Program-made: the position numbers and the translations under genes
Notes under the pieces: model-generated
Databases searched by the model: none
Told to the model about the DNA's origin: nothing
The model's input: the letters and a program-made list of their open reading frames with translations, nothing else
Origin: the human T2T-CHM13v2.0 reference genome, Homo sapiens
Strand: one strand, 5' to 3'
Length of the DNA stretch: 64,000 bases
NCBI RefSeq assembly: GCF_009914755.1
Contig: NC_060947.1
Part shown: positions 23,521 through 37,416 of the stretch, in pieces
Numbering within the stretch: position 1 is the first letter of the stretch
How the letters are laid out: each line of letters starts with the position of its first letter

Positions 23521-26246
23521 TAGCCCACTCTTGAGTTCAGATTTTAGTCAACCACTCCCAGCTGTTTCAGATAATATATGCAGTCCAGTTTCTCTAAATT
23601 GTCCAAATTGTTAAGTTTCTGGATGAAGCAGAATTCATTAACAACAGGTATACTTAGCCAATGATATATTTCACATCCCTTGGTCTAGAACCTTCATAAT
23701 TCATTTTCATACATATTTCTCATATTGTTGCTGATACAATTTAGCTAAAACCTTGACATTTTGCCAATGTTTAAGTGTTCTCCTTTTCACTCAGTCTTAG
23801 CACTTGGCCCTCATTGGGTGTGCTGTGACTGGACTCCAGTTATAGGTCAGGAAGTATTGGAAGGTAGTGAGAATGTTTTGATGAGACTTGGCATTCCCCT
23901 GCAGGCTAACTCCCTCAAATGAAGATAATACAGGGTTTTCAAGCAAGAGAAGAGCCATATCTCTTCCGAGAGAAATTTCCCAGTGTTTCTCCCCGGGTCC
24001 TTATTCGCAATCTGGTGGTTCTCATTCTGAATGTCAAGTGTGGATCTCACTTCTCTCCTCACTGCCCAGTGCATCCTCACATTTACATGCAGAGCACATG
24101 TTGTCTTTTCATTATTTCATGGGATTTCTCCTTTAGTTTGTCATTAGGTAACATTCTTTTTATTCCTCCATTTTTATCTAGAGTTCCTCAAATTGAAAAT
24201 ACACTAAAGATGGCCCTGTATTCTACAGAGGGTGGGTTCCCCCAGCTATACTGCAGCTAAAGTTGAGTTACCAGAGCACAGGGACAGATGCCAAGTCACC
24301 TACATTGACCCTGAGATGCTTTATTCATCCAAGTAAAGAGGGTTTAATTGTGGGCATCCATACCTCATTTTCACAAGCCCTTTTATCTGTGCTATCTGTG
24401 AAAAAAAAAGAAGTCAAGTGATCTCTTCTAGGTCTTACATTGAGGTGTAAGTACATTGAATCCAATGTACATTGAAAAGTGAATAAAAATACATTGAAAG
24501 TGAATAAAAATATTAAATCTTTTGTAAATGGTAATAAAGCTCCAAATCCAAGCCCCGAATTCTAGAGTGACTTGCCTGAAGTCACACGTTTAGAAGAGGT
24601 GGGTTCTCCCCCCAGATTTGCCTTCATCTAACTTTCATTTTAGTCCCTAAATAGACAAAGAAAGAGCTACATCGTGCTTACATTCAAAATGAGGTTGGCA
24701 GAAAAATTCCAAAACACAGTAATAATAATCGTGTTAGAAATCCGCATTTAGTTTCTGTTTAAAAAATGAGATCAGTGTTTAGGAGGCAGTATGAAGTAGG
24801 TAGTTATTGATCATTGTTTATTCTCTCAGGGGAATTTAAAATCAAATGATAAGAGTTCAGTATCCCAAGACCTGGTCATTTAATCAGGCAGACCGTGGCT
24901 CATCAGAATGTAAATTTCAAGACTTTGGAACCTGAATATATGCACATACAAGGCATCATGCTTTACAAGTTAAGAATTTATCTGTGATAAGATGTTGTTC
25001 TGCCATGAATGCCATTCCTTTTTCTAATTAATCAAGTTTATTAGATTCCACTTTTTCAAGTAGAATCAGATTCATTAGATTCCATTTTTTACACTAGGAA
25101 AAAAATCCCCTAGCCCAGTGCAAAAGAAAATTATGTAAAAGCAGACAGTTCTTTCCTCCCCCAATTCATTTGCAATTCTAATGTTCACTTGTATATATTT
25201 TGGGCACTGATGTATGATGAAGCTGTTTATTTTCTGGAGTCAAATATGGCATGATTTCTTTTCTTTCTTCTTCATTCTCTCAGAATCACTTAAAATCAAC
25301 TAGCTTAGTTTACCATCAACTTAGCTTTCACATTTTCTTTGCAATGAGTGCAAGTTCTTTTAAAAATTAAAACTTACTGTAACAACAAGGCACTTCCCAC
25401 TGTTTTTCTCGCTTTAATAGTGTTAAGATATTAATGAGTACAATGAATACATAATTATATTGCTGAGCTCTCATTTATATAAAGTATAACAAAAAGGATC
25501 AAGTAAAGTTTAGTTGGTCGTGGAAAATTCTACCAACTCCTAGTTTAAATAAATAAGATCTATTAATGTAGGGCTGGTTATTATGAGTGGTATGTTGTTT
25601 AAAGACTGCTCTCCTAGAAAATTTACAATCAAAGATGCTGAAAGTGTTAGAGTCTCAAAACCATTAAGGAAATATATACATTACTACATTCTTATTGGTG
25701 CCTTAGAGCTCCCTAATTATATAGCAAACACTGTGGCCTTGTATTAAAAGCATTTTGCCAAGAGTTATTTCAAAGCAGTGGAGCTAGTGCTGTTTTGTCT
25801 AAAGAAAGAGTGTCATAAAATGACTCCCTGCCACTTCTTCATGTAATTAGTGAACAGGTCCACAGGCTCCCTATGGCCCATACTTAGTAGAAAAACAACC
25901 TGGGCTGTGCCTTCCTGTCTTACAGTAAGGAAAAGAAAAACAAACAAGCGAAAAAAAAAAAAAAGGTAGAGTACAGGGACAGGAACTGTTTCCCACTCTT
26001 GCCTTCAGTCTCTACAGAGTAAGTCAGACCTGTGCACAGAGTGGGCCTTTCATGAGAGAACTAAATAATATACTTGGTATTTTTAAAAGGTTGCAGTAAA
26101 TTTGTATTATGTTTATAGATGTAAGAATTGAAAAATATTGCTCACCTAGACAAGTAAATGAATAGAAATAGTTTCATTATAGCAAAGTTACTCCATTCCA
26201 ATTCATATGGCAAAAATCAAATAGTAGTTATTTAATCAGAAAGCAT

Positions 26247-26405
26247 CTTTTTTCTTAAGAGACACAGTATCCCTATGTCACCTGGGCTGGAGTGCAGTGG
26301 TAGGATCACAGGGCACTGGAGCCCCAAACTCCTCGACTGAAGTGATCCTCCCACCTCAGCCTCCTGAGTAGCTGAGACTATGGACACTTGCCACCACACC
26401 CAGCT
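26247..26405 (-). mobile_element. Alu right monomer (FRAM/AluJ half)
   Basis: Single arm; TSD 'cagaaagcatcttt'. Confidence 0.9.
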
Positions 26406-27762
26406 CCAGAAAGCATCTTTAATGACGTACCCGCTAATAATCTTATTAGGTCTTCTTTCAAATTACTTGAAAACGAAGAATTGAAAAGTATATGACTTGC
26501 AAAAGGATTTACCTAGTCAAATCAATCATTCACTTTCTCATTTTTCTGGTGGGAAGTATACTTTAAAAGACTACTTAAACGTACAACATGGCAATTCATT
26601 ATCCGTGTTACTCTTCCACTTAGAGGCACCTTTTGTAATATTGTATACACAGAAGGGGCTGGAAAAATTGAAACATTGTTGTGGTTTTATACACTGCTTT
26701 TATCTTATTGTGTAAATAAATGTTGTTTTCACCAAATCCTTGGAGCTTAAAACAGACACTAAGATGTAGATGAATGAAATTTTTCATTCTCTATCTAATT
26801 ACTGAGAATGTTGAAAATGCAGAAAAATGAGCTTTGTAAAAGATTGATGTTTCTCATAATACTTTAACTTTTATTTAATATTCATATTATGAAGCCTTGT
26901 TATTGTCACCTGGGTGAAATAAGGCATGGCATTGTCATTTTTCCAACACTCTCTTTCCTTTTCTTTCAGACTCTTTCTTAAGAATAATGTATGCATTCTT
27001 AAAAGCCCTTGCCTCTCCCATCCCCTGAACATTGTCAAAAAAAATTTGTCATCACCTCTACTTCTCCAGTCTAAATATGTAACTAAATTCAGACTACTCC
27101 AACATGAGCTAAAGTACCCCATGTTCACTCCAATTTCTTAATTTATCCTTAAGAGAATGTGTATACCAGAGCAAAACATGAAACCTAATAGCAGGCTTAT
27201 GATACCTTGGTTAAAAGAAGCTGTGTCTAATTGTCTAATGTCTAATTGCCTATATGTTGGTTTGCAGGATGTTTTTACATCCCACGGCAATCAATACACC
27301 TTAGTAAAATCTGGGATGGGTGAAAGGCAAGCCTGTGTTTTGTAAAGTGGGAAAAGGACAATTATGAAAGGAGAAGTAGAAAGGAGAATCTTCATGACAC
27401 TTGATTGCATGTATGTTCTCATTTTTAGCAAATAGTACATATGGGAATTTAGAGTCTAGAAATTGATTCTCACAAAATTCCCATGCCCATGTACTTGTTA
27501 TAGACTAAACGGTGTTCCCCCCGCAAATTCATATGTTGAAGCCCTAACCCCCAATGTAACCATATCTGGAGATAGGGCCTTTAGGGAAGTAATTAAGGTT
27601 AAGCAAGGTCATAAGGGTGGGGCCCTAATCCAACATAACTGTTGTCCTTATAAGAAGAGGAAGAGGAAAAGACACCAGGAGTGTGCATGCACAGAGAAAA
27701 GGCCAAGTAAAAACACAGTGAGAAGGCAGCTATCTGCAAGCCAGGAAGAGAGGCCTCATGAG

Positions 27763-28790
<1,028 letters not shown>

Positions 28791-29164
28791 CCAAAACCCA
28801 ATTCTGCTGGCATCTTGATCTTGGACTTCCAGCCTTCAGAACTGTGAGAAAATAAATGTCTCTTGTTTAAACCACCCAGTTTGTGGTATGCTGTTAGGGC
28901 AACACAAGCTGACTAAAACAAATCCCTTGGGATATCTTGATATATCTTTAGGGGTCACACAGCCTAGTTTGACAAGCTGACCCTAGTTTCCAGTTGCTGT
29001 TGCACTATCCCTGCTACATCGTATAACTGTGGAACTCTGTCCATTGCTCACTCAACTAGCTAAAGCACAGACTTCAGTCATGCCTTGTCCAGGGGGATCA
29101 CAGGGTTATAGTTCTTTAGGTTATACTTGCTAGGTCACCCTAACACACACTTCTGATGCCTTAT

Positions 29165-30160
29165 ATCACATTCCTTGGCCCACCTCTGAATTCACCCACA
29201 TCTACCATGGACAGTTACACTCAAGCTCAGAAGTCCCATCTTCGGCTTTCCACAGTCAACTTTCCACTTTCTGCCTGGGGGACTTTTCTGGTGCCTTGAA
29301 TCCTTTTCTGATGCCTTGAGAGCCTTATTCACAGGGACAACAATATCCCAGCCAAGAATACAGAGAAGTTAACAGCCCCCAAAGTCTAACCTTCAACCAA
29401 TAGGAGGCTGCAAGCAGGAGATAAATGTTCCAGCCTCCCAGCCCTCAGACAATGTGGGGTTGGGGGAGCTCGGGTTTCTGTATGCTTTACAGAATGTCCT
29501 GGAAGAATAACGATCCCATTTCCCACAGAGGCAATCTCCATAATGTATCCTTAGTTCTTGGTCCTGTCCCCAGAAACAGACCCTGAAATGTGGATTTTTG
29601 TGTGAGCAATTTATTAAGGATGTGTTCCCAGGAGAGAGCAGTAAGGGTGTAGGGGAAACAGAGCAGGGCTAGGGAAGAAAGAAACAAAGAGAGATTTCAG
29701 GTGAATCCCAGCCTTGGGAAATTCTGCAATGTAAATCACACCATAGAGTGTGTCCCACCTGGAGGCAAGGCAGCTGTGCTTTCACACTTTTGTACTAGCC
29801 ATTGGCTATGGGCCACTCTGGAGCATGGGGATCCAAAGGACTATAAACCCCCAGGCACTCCTGATTCTCACTGGCTCCAGATAAGGCAATTCTAGTAGTT
29901 CAAGAATGCTTCTATAATGAAGGCTGCACGTTTGATCCATTAAGAGCAAAACCCATAGAAGCCGGGAAATTGGGCAGTCAGTATAGGAGAGCTACGCAAT
30001 AGCAGTGACATCATTCACTACATCTTTAATCAGTTTATTCTCCTTCCCTGTCTCACTTTCCCCATAACGTCACACTTGCTTCCTGAGATCCCTTCCCCCC
30101 AATAACCCTCTGCACCAAAAGCCTTGTCTCAGGTTCTGCTTTCTAGGGAACACAAATTAA
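29165..30160 (+). mobile_element. ERVL LTR16-like LTR split by a second, antisense LTR16-like LTR (about 29549-30020)
   Basis: Plus piece 'ccttcaaccaataggaggctgcaagcaggagataaatg'; minus insert 'ccccagaaacagaccctgaaatgtggatt...tttattaagg'; plus piece resumes 'ccttccctgtctcactt...ccttgtctcaggttctgctttctagggaac'. Confidence 0.68.
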
Positions 30161-30794
30161 TTAGCTTTGAGAAGAGTGGGTGTCTGCCTCCTTGGAGCTA
30201 GAACTTCTCACATGACTTTGAGCTCAGCATGCAGGGGGTAATGAGAGATGTGTACTTTGTCAGAAGACAAAAGGTTGTGTGGGACTTTTCTCAGAATAAT
30301 GAGCACCAACTCAAATGTGTATACCTATGCAGAGCAGCTTGCAGGCTCTTTCCAAAACTAAGACGACCTGCTGTCTACACCCAGGCGTGTTCAGAGCAGC
30401 AGCTTCTCTGTTTAAAGTTGATTTTATTTATTGAGTACCATCTTACCATTTACCTAACTACATACAGAGTAAAAAACTGCTTTGTATAATTAGCATTACG
30501 TGAGTGCTATTTTCACTGGCAGGAATCTCCCTAGTAGGAGGGAATTCAAAGTTTCACAATCAAGCTTGTTATAATTTGCTGTATTTATTTTTGGTAATTC
30601 TATATCAGTGCCATGTGCTGTAGCAATAGAAGCAGAAAACTGTGTCTTATAAAACTGGCTGATCTTCCTGGATACACTCCTTGGAGGCACAGTTAGACCA
30701 CTCCAGTTTTCCCCACCGTGGTCCTTCCTTTCTTGTCCTACCTTCAAAATCTAGGCACTGAGTTGAGATTACTATCACTCGTTCTTAAGAACAT

Positions 30795-31197
30795 CTCTTG
30801 AAGAGACAACTGACAGCCCAGAAGAAAATATTTGCAAAACATAACTGATAAGGAACTTACACCTAGAATATAAAGAACTCTCAAAATTCAGCAGTAAGAC
30901 AAACCACCAAATGTTTAAAAACTGGACAGACTTGAATAGGCATTTCACCAAAGAAGAGAGGCAGATGACCTGTAAGCATGGAAAAAGACATTTAACATCA
31001 TTCATCATTAGGGAAATGCAAATGAAAACCACAAGGAGATACACACACTCTAGAATGGCTAAAAGAATTTTTAAAAATAATAATAGTTGACAATACCAGC
31101 TGCTGATGAGTTTGTGGAGTAACTGGAACTCCCATATGTTGCTCATGGGAATGCAAAATCATACAACCACTTTGCAAAAACAGTTTGGCAGTTTTTC
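30795..31197 (+). mobile_element. L1M (L1MB/MC) ORF2 3' fragment
   Basis: 'gaaaatatttgcaaa...agaatatataaagaactctc...cattagggaaatgcaaatgaaaaccaca...accactttgcaaaaacagtttggcag'. Confidence 0.88.
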
Positions 31198-31492
31198 CTC
31201 CCTTTCTGAGGGCAGCTCATTTCCAACGATTGGTTAATACAGGAGTATAAAGACCCAGTCCCCTTGCCCCAACTTGGTACACCTCTGAAGGACCATCCGA
31301 GCTCCAGAGCTCCTCCATGGGATTGGCTGAGTCATTTCCTAAGACTGCATTGCAGCCCAGCCTCTCCCTCTGCCTACTCCTGATTCCTCCCTTTCCTTCA
31401 TAGATATTGACACCAAAAGGTACTCTCTCAGAAACTTTCTGCAGACTATTCTTCATCTTCAAATCTGCTTCCCAGAAAACCCAACCTGTGAT
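31198..31492 (+). mobile_element. ERVL LTR16A-like fragment
   Basis: 'ccttgccccaacttgg...gctccagagctcc...tctgcttcccagaaaacccaacctgtgata'. Confidence 0.78.
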
Positions 31493-31787
31493 ACCCCTCC
31501 TGCCTAGTTTCCTCCTTGAAACCCCTGGTATTTTCATTCAGCATTATGTGGGACAATCTCCTACATGAAAGAGCCAAGAAGAAACTAAGTCCCTTGCTTT
31601 AAAATAAGATCTAAGTCTCTGGAGAGCTAACGAATGTTATTTCAGGAAGTAAAGACAGGGTGCTGTCCAAAGGAATTCTGAGTCAGCCTCTGGTCTGCCA
31701 AGGCTCTCAGGAATAATTACAATTTAACTCTACTACAAATGTATAGTCCATGACCAGCCTCTTCTCCTAACCTCCTGGATTGCTCTG

Positions 31788-32780
31788 TGTAACAAGTTGG
31801 ATTCACTGAGAAGCAGACTTTGAAATGGATTTTGTGTGCGGGAAGTTTACTAGGGTGTGCTCTTAGGATCAACATCTGTGGGGAAAGTGAGGGAATCTGG
31901 ACTGGGCAGAAGGAGAAGTTGGGTTGTGATACAGCCACCAACAAAGGCATGGTAGGCAGAATGATGACCACTTCCCTCCCAACCCAGCCCCACAAAGATG
32001 TTCACATCCTAATCCCTGGAATTTGTGAATATATTACCTTAGATGGCAAAAAGGAACTTTGCAGATGTGATTAAGTTAAGGATCTTGACATGGGAGATTA
32101 TTCTATATTAGCCAAATGGGCCCAATATAATCACAAGGGTCCTTATAAGGAAAAGAAGGAGGCAGGATGGTCAGAGTCAGAGTGAGAAGATATAAACGTA
32201 GAAGCAGAGGTTTGAGAGAAGATAAGATGCCTGATATGCTGCTAGTTTTCAAGATAGAAGAGTTTACAAGCCAAGGACTACAGATGACCTCTAGAAGCTA
32301 GAAAGGGAAAGGGAATGGATTCTCCCTAAGAGCCTTCAGAAGGAAGGAGCCCTGTTGACACTTTGATTTTAGTCCAGTGAGATCCACTGTAGACTTCTGA
32401 TCTCCAAAAACCATAAGATTACAACCTTGTGTTATTTGAAGCCACAAATTTATGGTAATTTATTACATCCAACAATAGAAAATGTATACAAAAGACCTCA
32501 GCCAATTCCAGCAGGAAGTTCTGAAGCTGAGATGGTCTTTCAGAGTTTCCCCAAGCTGGATTGATGGGCTGGGCATTTATACCCCCCAAATAAACTACTC
32601 ACTGGAAACGAACTGCTCCTCAGAAAAGGTTGTGACCTTGAGCAAGGCAGTTTTTGTTTTCAGCCAAAGTCAATTCTCAGAGAGGACTTATAGCACTCCT
32701 AGGGACTGAGGTAAACTAGTGCCTAAGCCCTGGAAGGATGAGGAGATTTATCTGAGTGGCATAACATGACAACCACTGTG
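31788..32780 (-). mobile_element. ERVL LTR16A-like LTR split by MLT1D (pieces 31788-31947, 32491-32780)
   Basis: 'aagcagactttgaaatgg...gggcagaaggagaagttggg...acaaagg' resumes as 'aaagacctcagccaattcc...gagtttccccaagctgg'. Confidence 0.75.
31948..32490 (+). mobile_element. ERVL-MaLR solo LTR (MLT1D)
   Basis: 'tggtaggcagaatgatg...cctaatccctggaatttgtgaatat...ctttgcagatgtgattaagttaagg...aatagaaaatgtataca'; TSD aaagg/aaaga. Confidence 0.88.
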
Positions 32781-33449
32781 CTCTGAAAATCTATGCATTT
32801 TCCCCATCCTTACCTCCAGTCCTTGCAGTACTGATATGTAGAAAAAGAAAACTCAGGTAGTTGTGCTCTTATCAAGAAAATTAAACTCTTTTATCCTATG
32901 CTCACTTTAACATTCTTGAGCTTACCTGCTCTATTTGGAGAGGGGAGGGTTACACTTATGTTCTCTATGCCTCAATTCCCTTGGGTTTCTAAAGTTAAGA
33001 AAAGCTTCAGAGTGCAGATTTTCCCAGAAACTATTCAAGAGCAAAATTAATACAATTATTCTGAAACTTGCTAAAAGTGAAACAGAAATACTGTTTAACT
33101 GAGTACTGTAGAAGAGAAATTAGAAACTCATTTTAAGAAACATTTCTAAAGATTAAGTCTTTGAGGAACTTGCCAAATGATGCAATTCTAATTTCACACA
33201 TGCTATCGACGTTAGTTGTTGAAATATCATGAGAAACTGTTAAATGAATGTTTAAAGGGGGTAATAAGTGAACTCATTTTTAGTACAACAGGAGTTACAT
33301 TTTTGGCCATTTTGCATTTTATTGCTACAATCTGGTATCACATATTGCTTGATTATTAGAATATGAAAATACAACTATTCCTTTGTATGTGCTATTTTCT
33401 AAACTAAATATTCAAATTCTATATAGACTGTGAAATATTTCCATGTGTT

Positions 33450-33960
33450 CAGACACTCACTACACCTTGTTCGAACTAATTCCATAGTCTGCCCACTTGT
33501 CCTGCTCTCAGTCCTACTCCAACCCATTCTGCACACTGGAGTCAGATTAATCTTTCTGAACAATAACTTTAATTATGCCATGCTTTTATTCAAAACCTCT
33601 CAGTAGCTCCTCAATGTCAAGCTAGTTGCAAAGTCTTCTCGCTAGCATTGAAAGCCCTCAACATAATGTCCCTAAAATACCTTCCTAGCCTTTTTCCATT
33701 AACCTCCACCTCCACCACCACTACTCTACCTACCCCATGATAGATCCAGCCAAATTGTAATGCTTCCTGCTCTTGAGAACTCTTTACTGGCCTGCTTTTG
33801 TTACTGCTCTTCCTTCAACCTGGAACACGCTCCTCATTTTTGGTAGTTTGAGTCATATCCATCCAGAAAAGTAAATGTTATAAACCACCACATAAAGTCT
33901 TTGCCCATTCAACTAACTAGATGTGATCTCTCCCACTTCTGATTCTCCATAAGATTCCTG
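33450..33960 (+). mobile_element. L2 3' fragment
   Basis: 'ccattctgcacactggagtcagattaatctttctgaa...aaaacctctcagtagctcc...cttccttcaacctggaac'. Confidence 0.65.
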
Positions 33961-34499
33961 TCCTAGTTAGGGATTGTTTTGATTGCAAGTAGTAGAAACC
34001 CACCCAAATGGTTTAAATAAAAGGGAGAATTTATGTGAAATATGAAAGGGGTATCATAATACCCAAAGTCCCAAACAGCAGCCACAGTCCATGAGGTTAA
34101 AGAGAAAAACTCACTCAGAAGCACAAAACTGATTGCTATGAAAAAGATGAAATCAGTTATTAGAAATTGAAAACATGATTTATGACAATAACAATACATG
34201 AATTGAATAGCAGAATGGACATAGTTGAAGAAATTAGTGAATTGCTCTGCTTGATTTTCCAGTTTACTAATAAATTCAGCAAAAAGATATGGGGGGAGCA
34301 AAGATGAAAAGCAGATTAAAGGGGGAGGTTAAAAAATAATGTAATTTTAGATGTTGATAGAAAATTTTCAGTTTAAAACAAAAAATGCTTCACTTTAATA
34401 CCATGTACCAGCATGAATATAAGATGTATAGCTTCTGGAACACAAGAGGAAGTCTGGGGCAAAGGGTGAGAGGAGTGGAGAATGCAGAAATCTTGTTCA

Positions 34500-35101
<602 letters not shown>

Positions 35102-35319
35102 TAAAGTTTATTTTATTATTTGCTATAACATATTTTTAATTATTTAGAGAAACAGGCTAGAGGAAAATATAAATGAAGGCCAATAGTGTTAGGATCAGAT
35201 TGTCTATTTTTCTTCCTCTACAATTTCTTACCTTAAAGAAAAAATAAAAAGGAAATACTGACGGATCTGACTACAAACTAAACTTAAAAATTCTACATGG
35301 CAAGCAATGAAGTTCACAT

Positions 35320-35575
35320 TATAATAGTAATATGATGCTTCCTGTATGCCAGGCACTATACTAAGGGCTTTATACAGATTAACTCATTCAATTTGCACAA
35401 CTACTTTATCAGATGGATATTATCATCATTTTCTTCATTTGACAAATGAGGAAACTGAGGCACAGAGAGGCTAAATACTTTCCCAAAGCCACTCAGTAGG
35501 TAAACAGCAAAGGGAGGATTTGAACTCAGGCAGTCTGTGCTTCCTGGACCCATGCTTTAAAGCACTGTGCTATAA
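35320..35575 (-). mobile_element. MIR (near full length)
   Basis: 'tgccaggcactatactaag...atgaggaaactgaggcacagagagg...ggatttgaactcaggcagtctg'. Confidence 0.88.
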
Positions 35576-36018
35576 TTCTGCCTTTCAGACAGGCCAAACT
35601 CTGTAGAAAAATATCTTTCCAGAGCTAAAAGAATTTGGATATGGACATATTTTTCACAGATAGCTGGGTGCTGATCCTGCTGTCTTTCCTACAATGATGT
35701 TGTCTTAGAGGTGCTAAACTTGGCTCAAGAACCAGGAGAGACTGATGTTTGTGAAAATTGCCCTAAACTGAACTACACAGATTCGTGGTGTATGTTCTTC
35801 CAGAATAGTTATATAAGCCACAGTATAAATGACTTGCAGCATGGCAACAAATAAGCTGTTTTGTCAATTTTGTACCCTATCAGGGCACCTCAGCTGCCTT
35901 TGACAGTGTTTGTGCAAGTCCAAAACAAGATAATGCTGCTTCTGTCCCTTCTCTGTGTAGTACCTCAATTCCACCAAGCTCTGAATCCTCAATAAATACA
36001 TTGGGCATTATAAAAGGA

Positions 36019-36066
36019 GTGTGTATGTGTGCGTGTGTGTTTGTGTGTGTGTGTGTTGGGGGGGGG
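36019..36066. repeat. Interrupted (TG)n followed by a G-run
   Basis: Read directly. Confidence 0.9.
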
Positions 36067-36247
36067 TATGAAAATGTGACAGACCAAAAAAGGTGATAAA
36101 ATACATAAGTAAAAAGTATGTTCAACACACCCTATTCCCACAGTCGGAACAACCCCAAATCCCCTGGTCTATGTGAAAAACAAAGAAAAAAGTCCTGTTG
36201 TGAATCATGAGCCTGCATTTAATGGGATAAATAATAAACATAATATC

Positions 36248-36805
36248 CTGTGCCAGCCAGGGTCCCAGCAGGAAACAGATGGTACACTCAAATTAGGATA
36301 ATTTAAAGAGGAATTGTTATAGGTAATATCCCCCAGGAAGCAGACGACTCTGAGATGGAGATTAGCAAACAGAAAGTTTATTGTGCAATGCTCTGAGGAT
36401 CAAAACTTGGGAAAGAAAAGGAAGCCGACTTGGGCAGAGGGAGAAGTTGGGTTGGTAATGCCATCTCAGCCAAGGTCTTGGTGGACTCTAACAGGAGCTA
36501 CGAAGCTGGAGCAGTCCTTCAGAGTTGTCCCAAGTTGGGCTGAGGAGGCTGGGCCTTTATGCCTCCTGCTTTGACCAGTCACTAGATATTGGCTGCCCAT
36601 GGGACAGGGGATTACTTGGGCATCCTATCAGCTCCCTCAGCAGAGGGCAATTCCCAGAGAGGACAGGACTGACAGCTGACGGCAGTTGGTGGAATAAATC
36701 CTCCCATCCTGAAGGGGAATCCTGACAACTTAGTATAGCATCCACTACAGGGTTTATAAAAGGAACTATTTCCCAAAGTAAATGCAGAGTGTATGAAAAA
36801 GCCAC
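36248..36805 (-). mobile_element. LTR33 fragment split by an LTR16A-like LTR (about 36318-36749, minus)
   Basis: LTR33 'cagggtcccagcaggaaacagatggtacactcaaattaggata'; insert 'ccccaggaagcagac..ctctgagatggagattagc...agcatccactaca'; LTR33 resumes 'ggtttataaaaggaactattt'. Confidence 0.72.
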
Positions 36806-36862
36806 GTGGAAAGTTATCAGGTAACTTTATTCAAAGAGATATGATGTGCTGTGTCTCTCAAC

Positions 36863-37416
36863 TGAGAGACTGAACAGAAATAGAAAAATGGCCATATCAT
36901 ATATAAAATAGAACTCTAACCCACAATCTAGAGTAACAGGCCCAGGAAACCAATCAATTATCTACAGTAACCAGCCCAGGAAGCCAGCCTGCTATCTACA
37001 AGTCAGACTTGTAGAAAGTCAGACTGCTATCTCTAATAACAACCCAGGAAACTAAATAGAAATCCCTGCACAATCAGCCCAAAGTAGACAGAACTTGATT
37101 AATAACTGATAGATTCCCTAACATTTGTCCCCTCTTCCAACTTAGGACCAGAGAAAAACAAATATGCACCCCTAACCAATTACATAAGATGCCATGCTTC
37201 TCGTTAGCCCCTCACAACTTCCCCAGGTCAATAGCATCTAATCAGGGCATACATGAGACCTACCCTTTTATCCAACATAAAGCTTTCCCACTCCTCTGCC
37301 CACCTTGGAGTCTATCCCAAAACCCAAGTGATGGTGGCTGACTCTCTTGCTATAGCAAGCTCTGAATAAATAGCTTTTGTTTGTTTTCATTAGAGTGGTC
37401 TTCATTTATTTCCACA
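36863..37416 (+). mobile_element. ERV1 solo LTR (MER89/MER90-like)
   Basis: TG...CA ends; 'aaccagcccaggaagccagcc', 'gcaagctctgaataaa'; flanks caac/tgac fit a CpG-decayed 'cgac' TSD. Confidence 0.7.

Larger units (their letters stand above)
20520..24300 (-). pseudogene. Degenerate ERVL (class III ERV; HERV16/ERVL-E-like) internal region: gag, protease and N-terminal RT, with nested insertions
   Basis: Manual minus-strand translation. RT: 'MVPITSPLNLPIYLLQKASES*RMAVDNHTVN*VLTLISAAAPYGISSQDEIN' (from 20811), like ERVL 'SPFNSPIWPVQK..WRMTVDYRKLN..PIAAAVPD'. Protease: 'QRLPDSGSELNL' (about 21125-21157), like 'LLDTGSELTL'. Gag end: 'FTDLSQVTESEHLE*' (stop 21298-21300). Gag: 'MVEDAAIELSFLI*LGMMGSLNDRGQGKALNH' (about 22350-22450) and 'LYQQQYEKYV*K*IMKVLDQG' (about 23680-23745). 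Confidence 0.88.
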
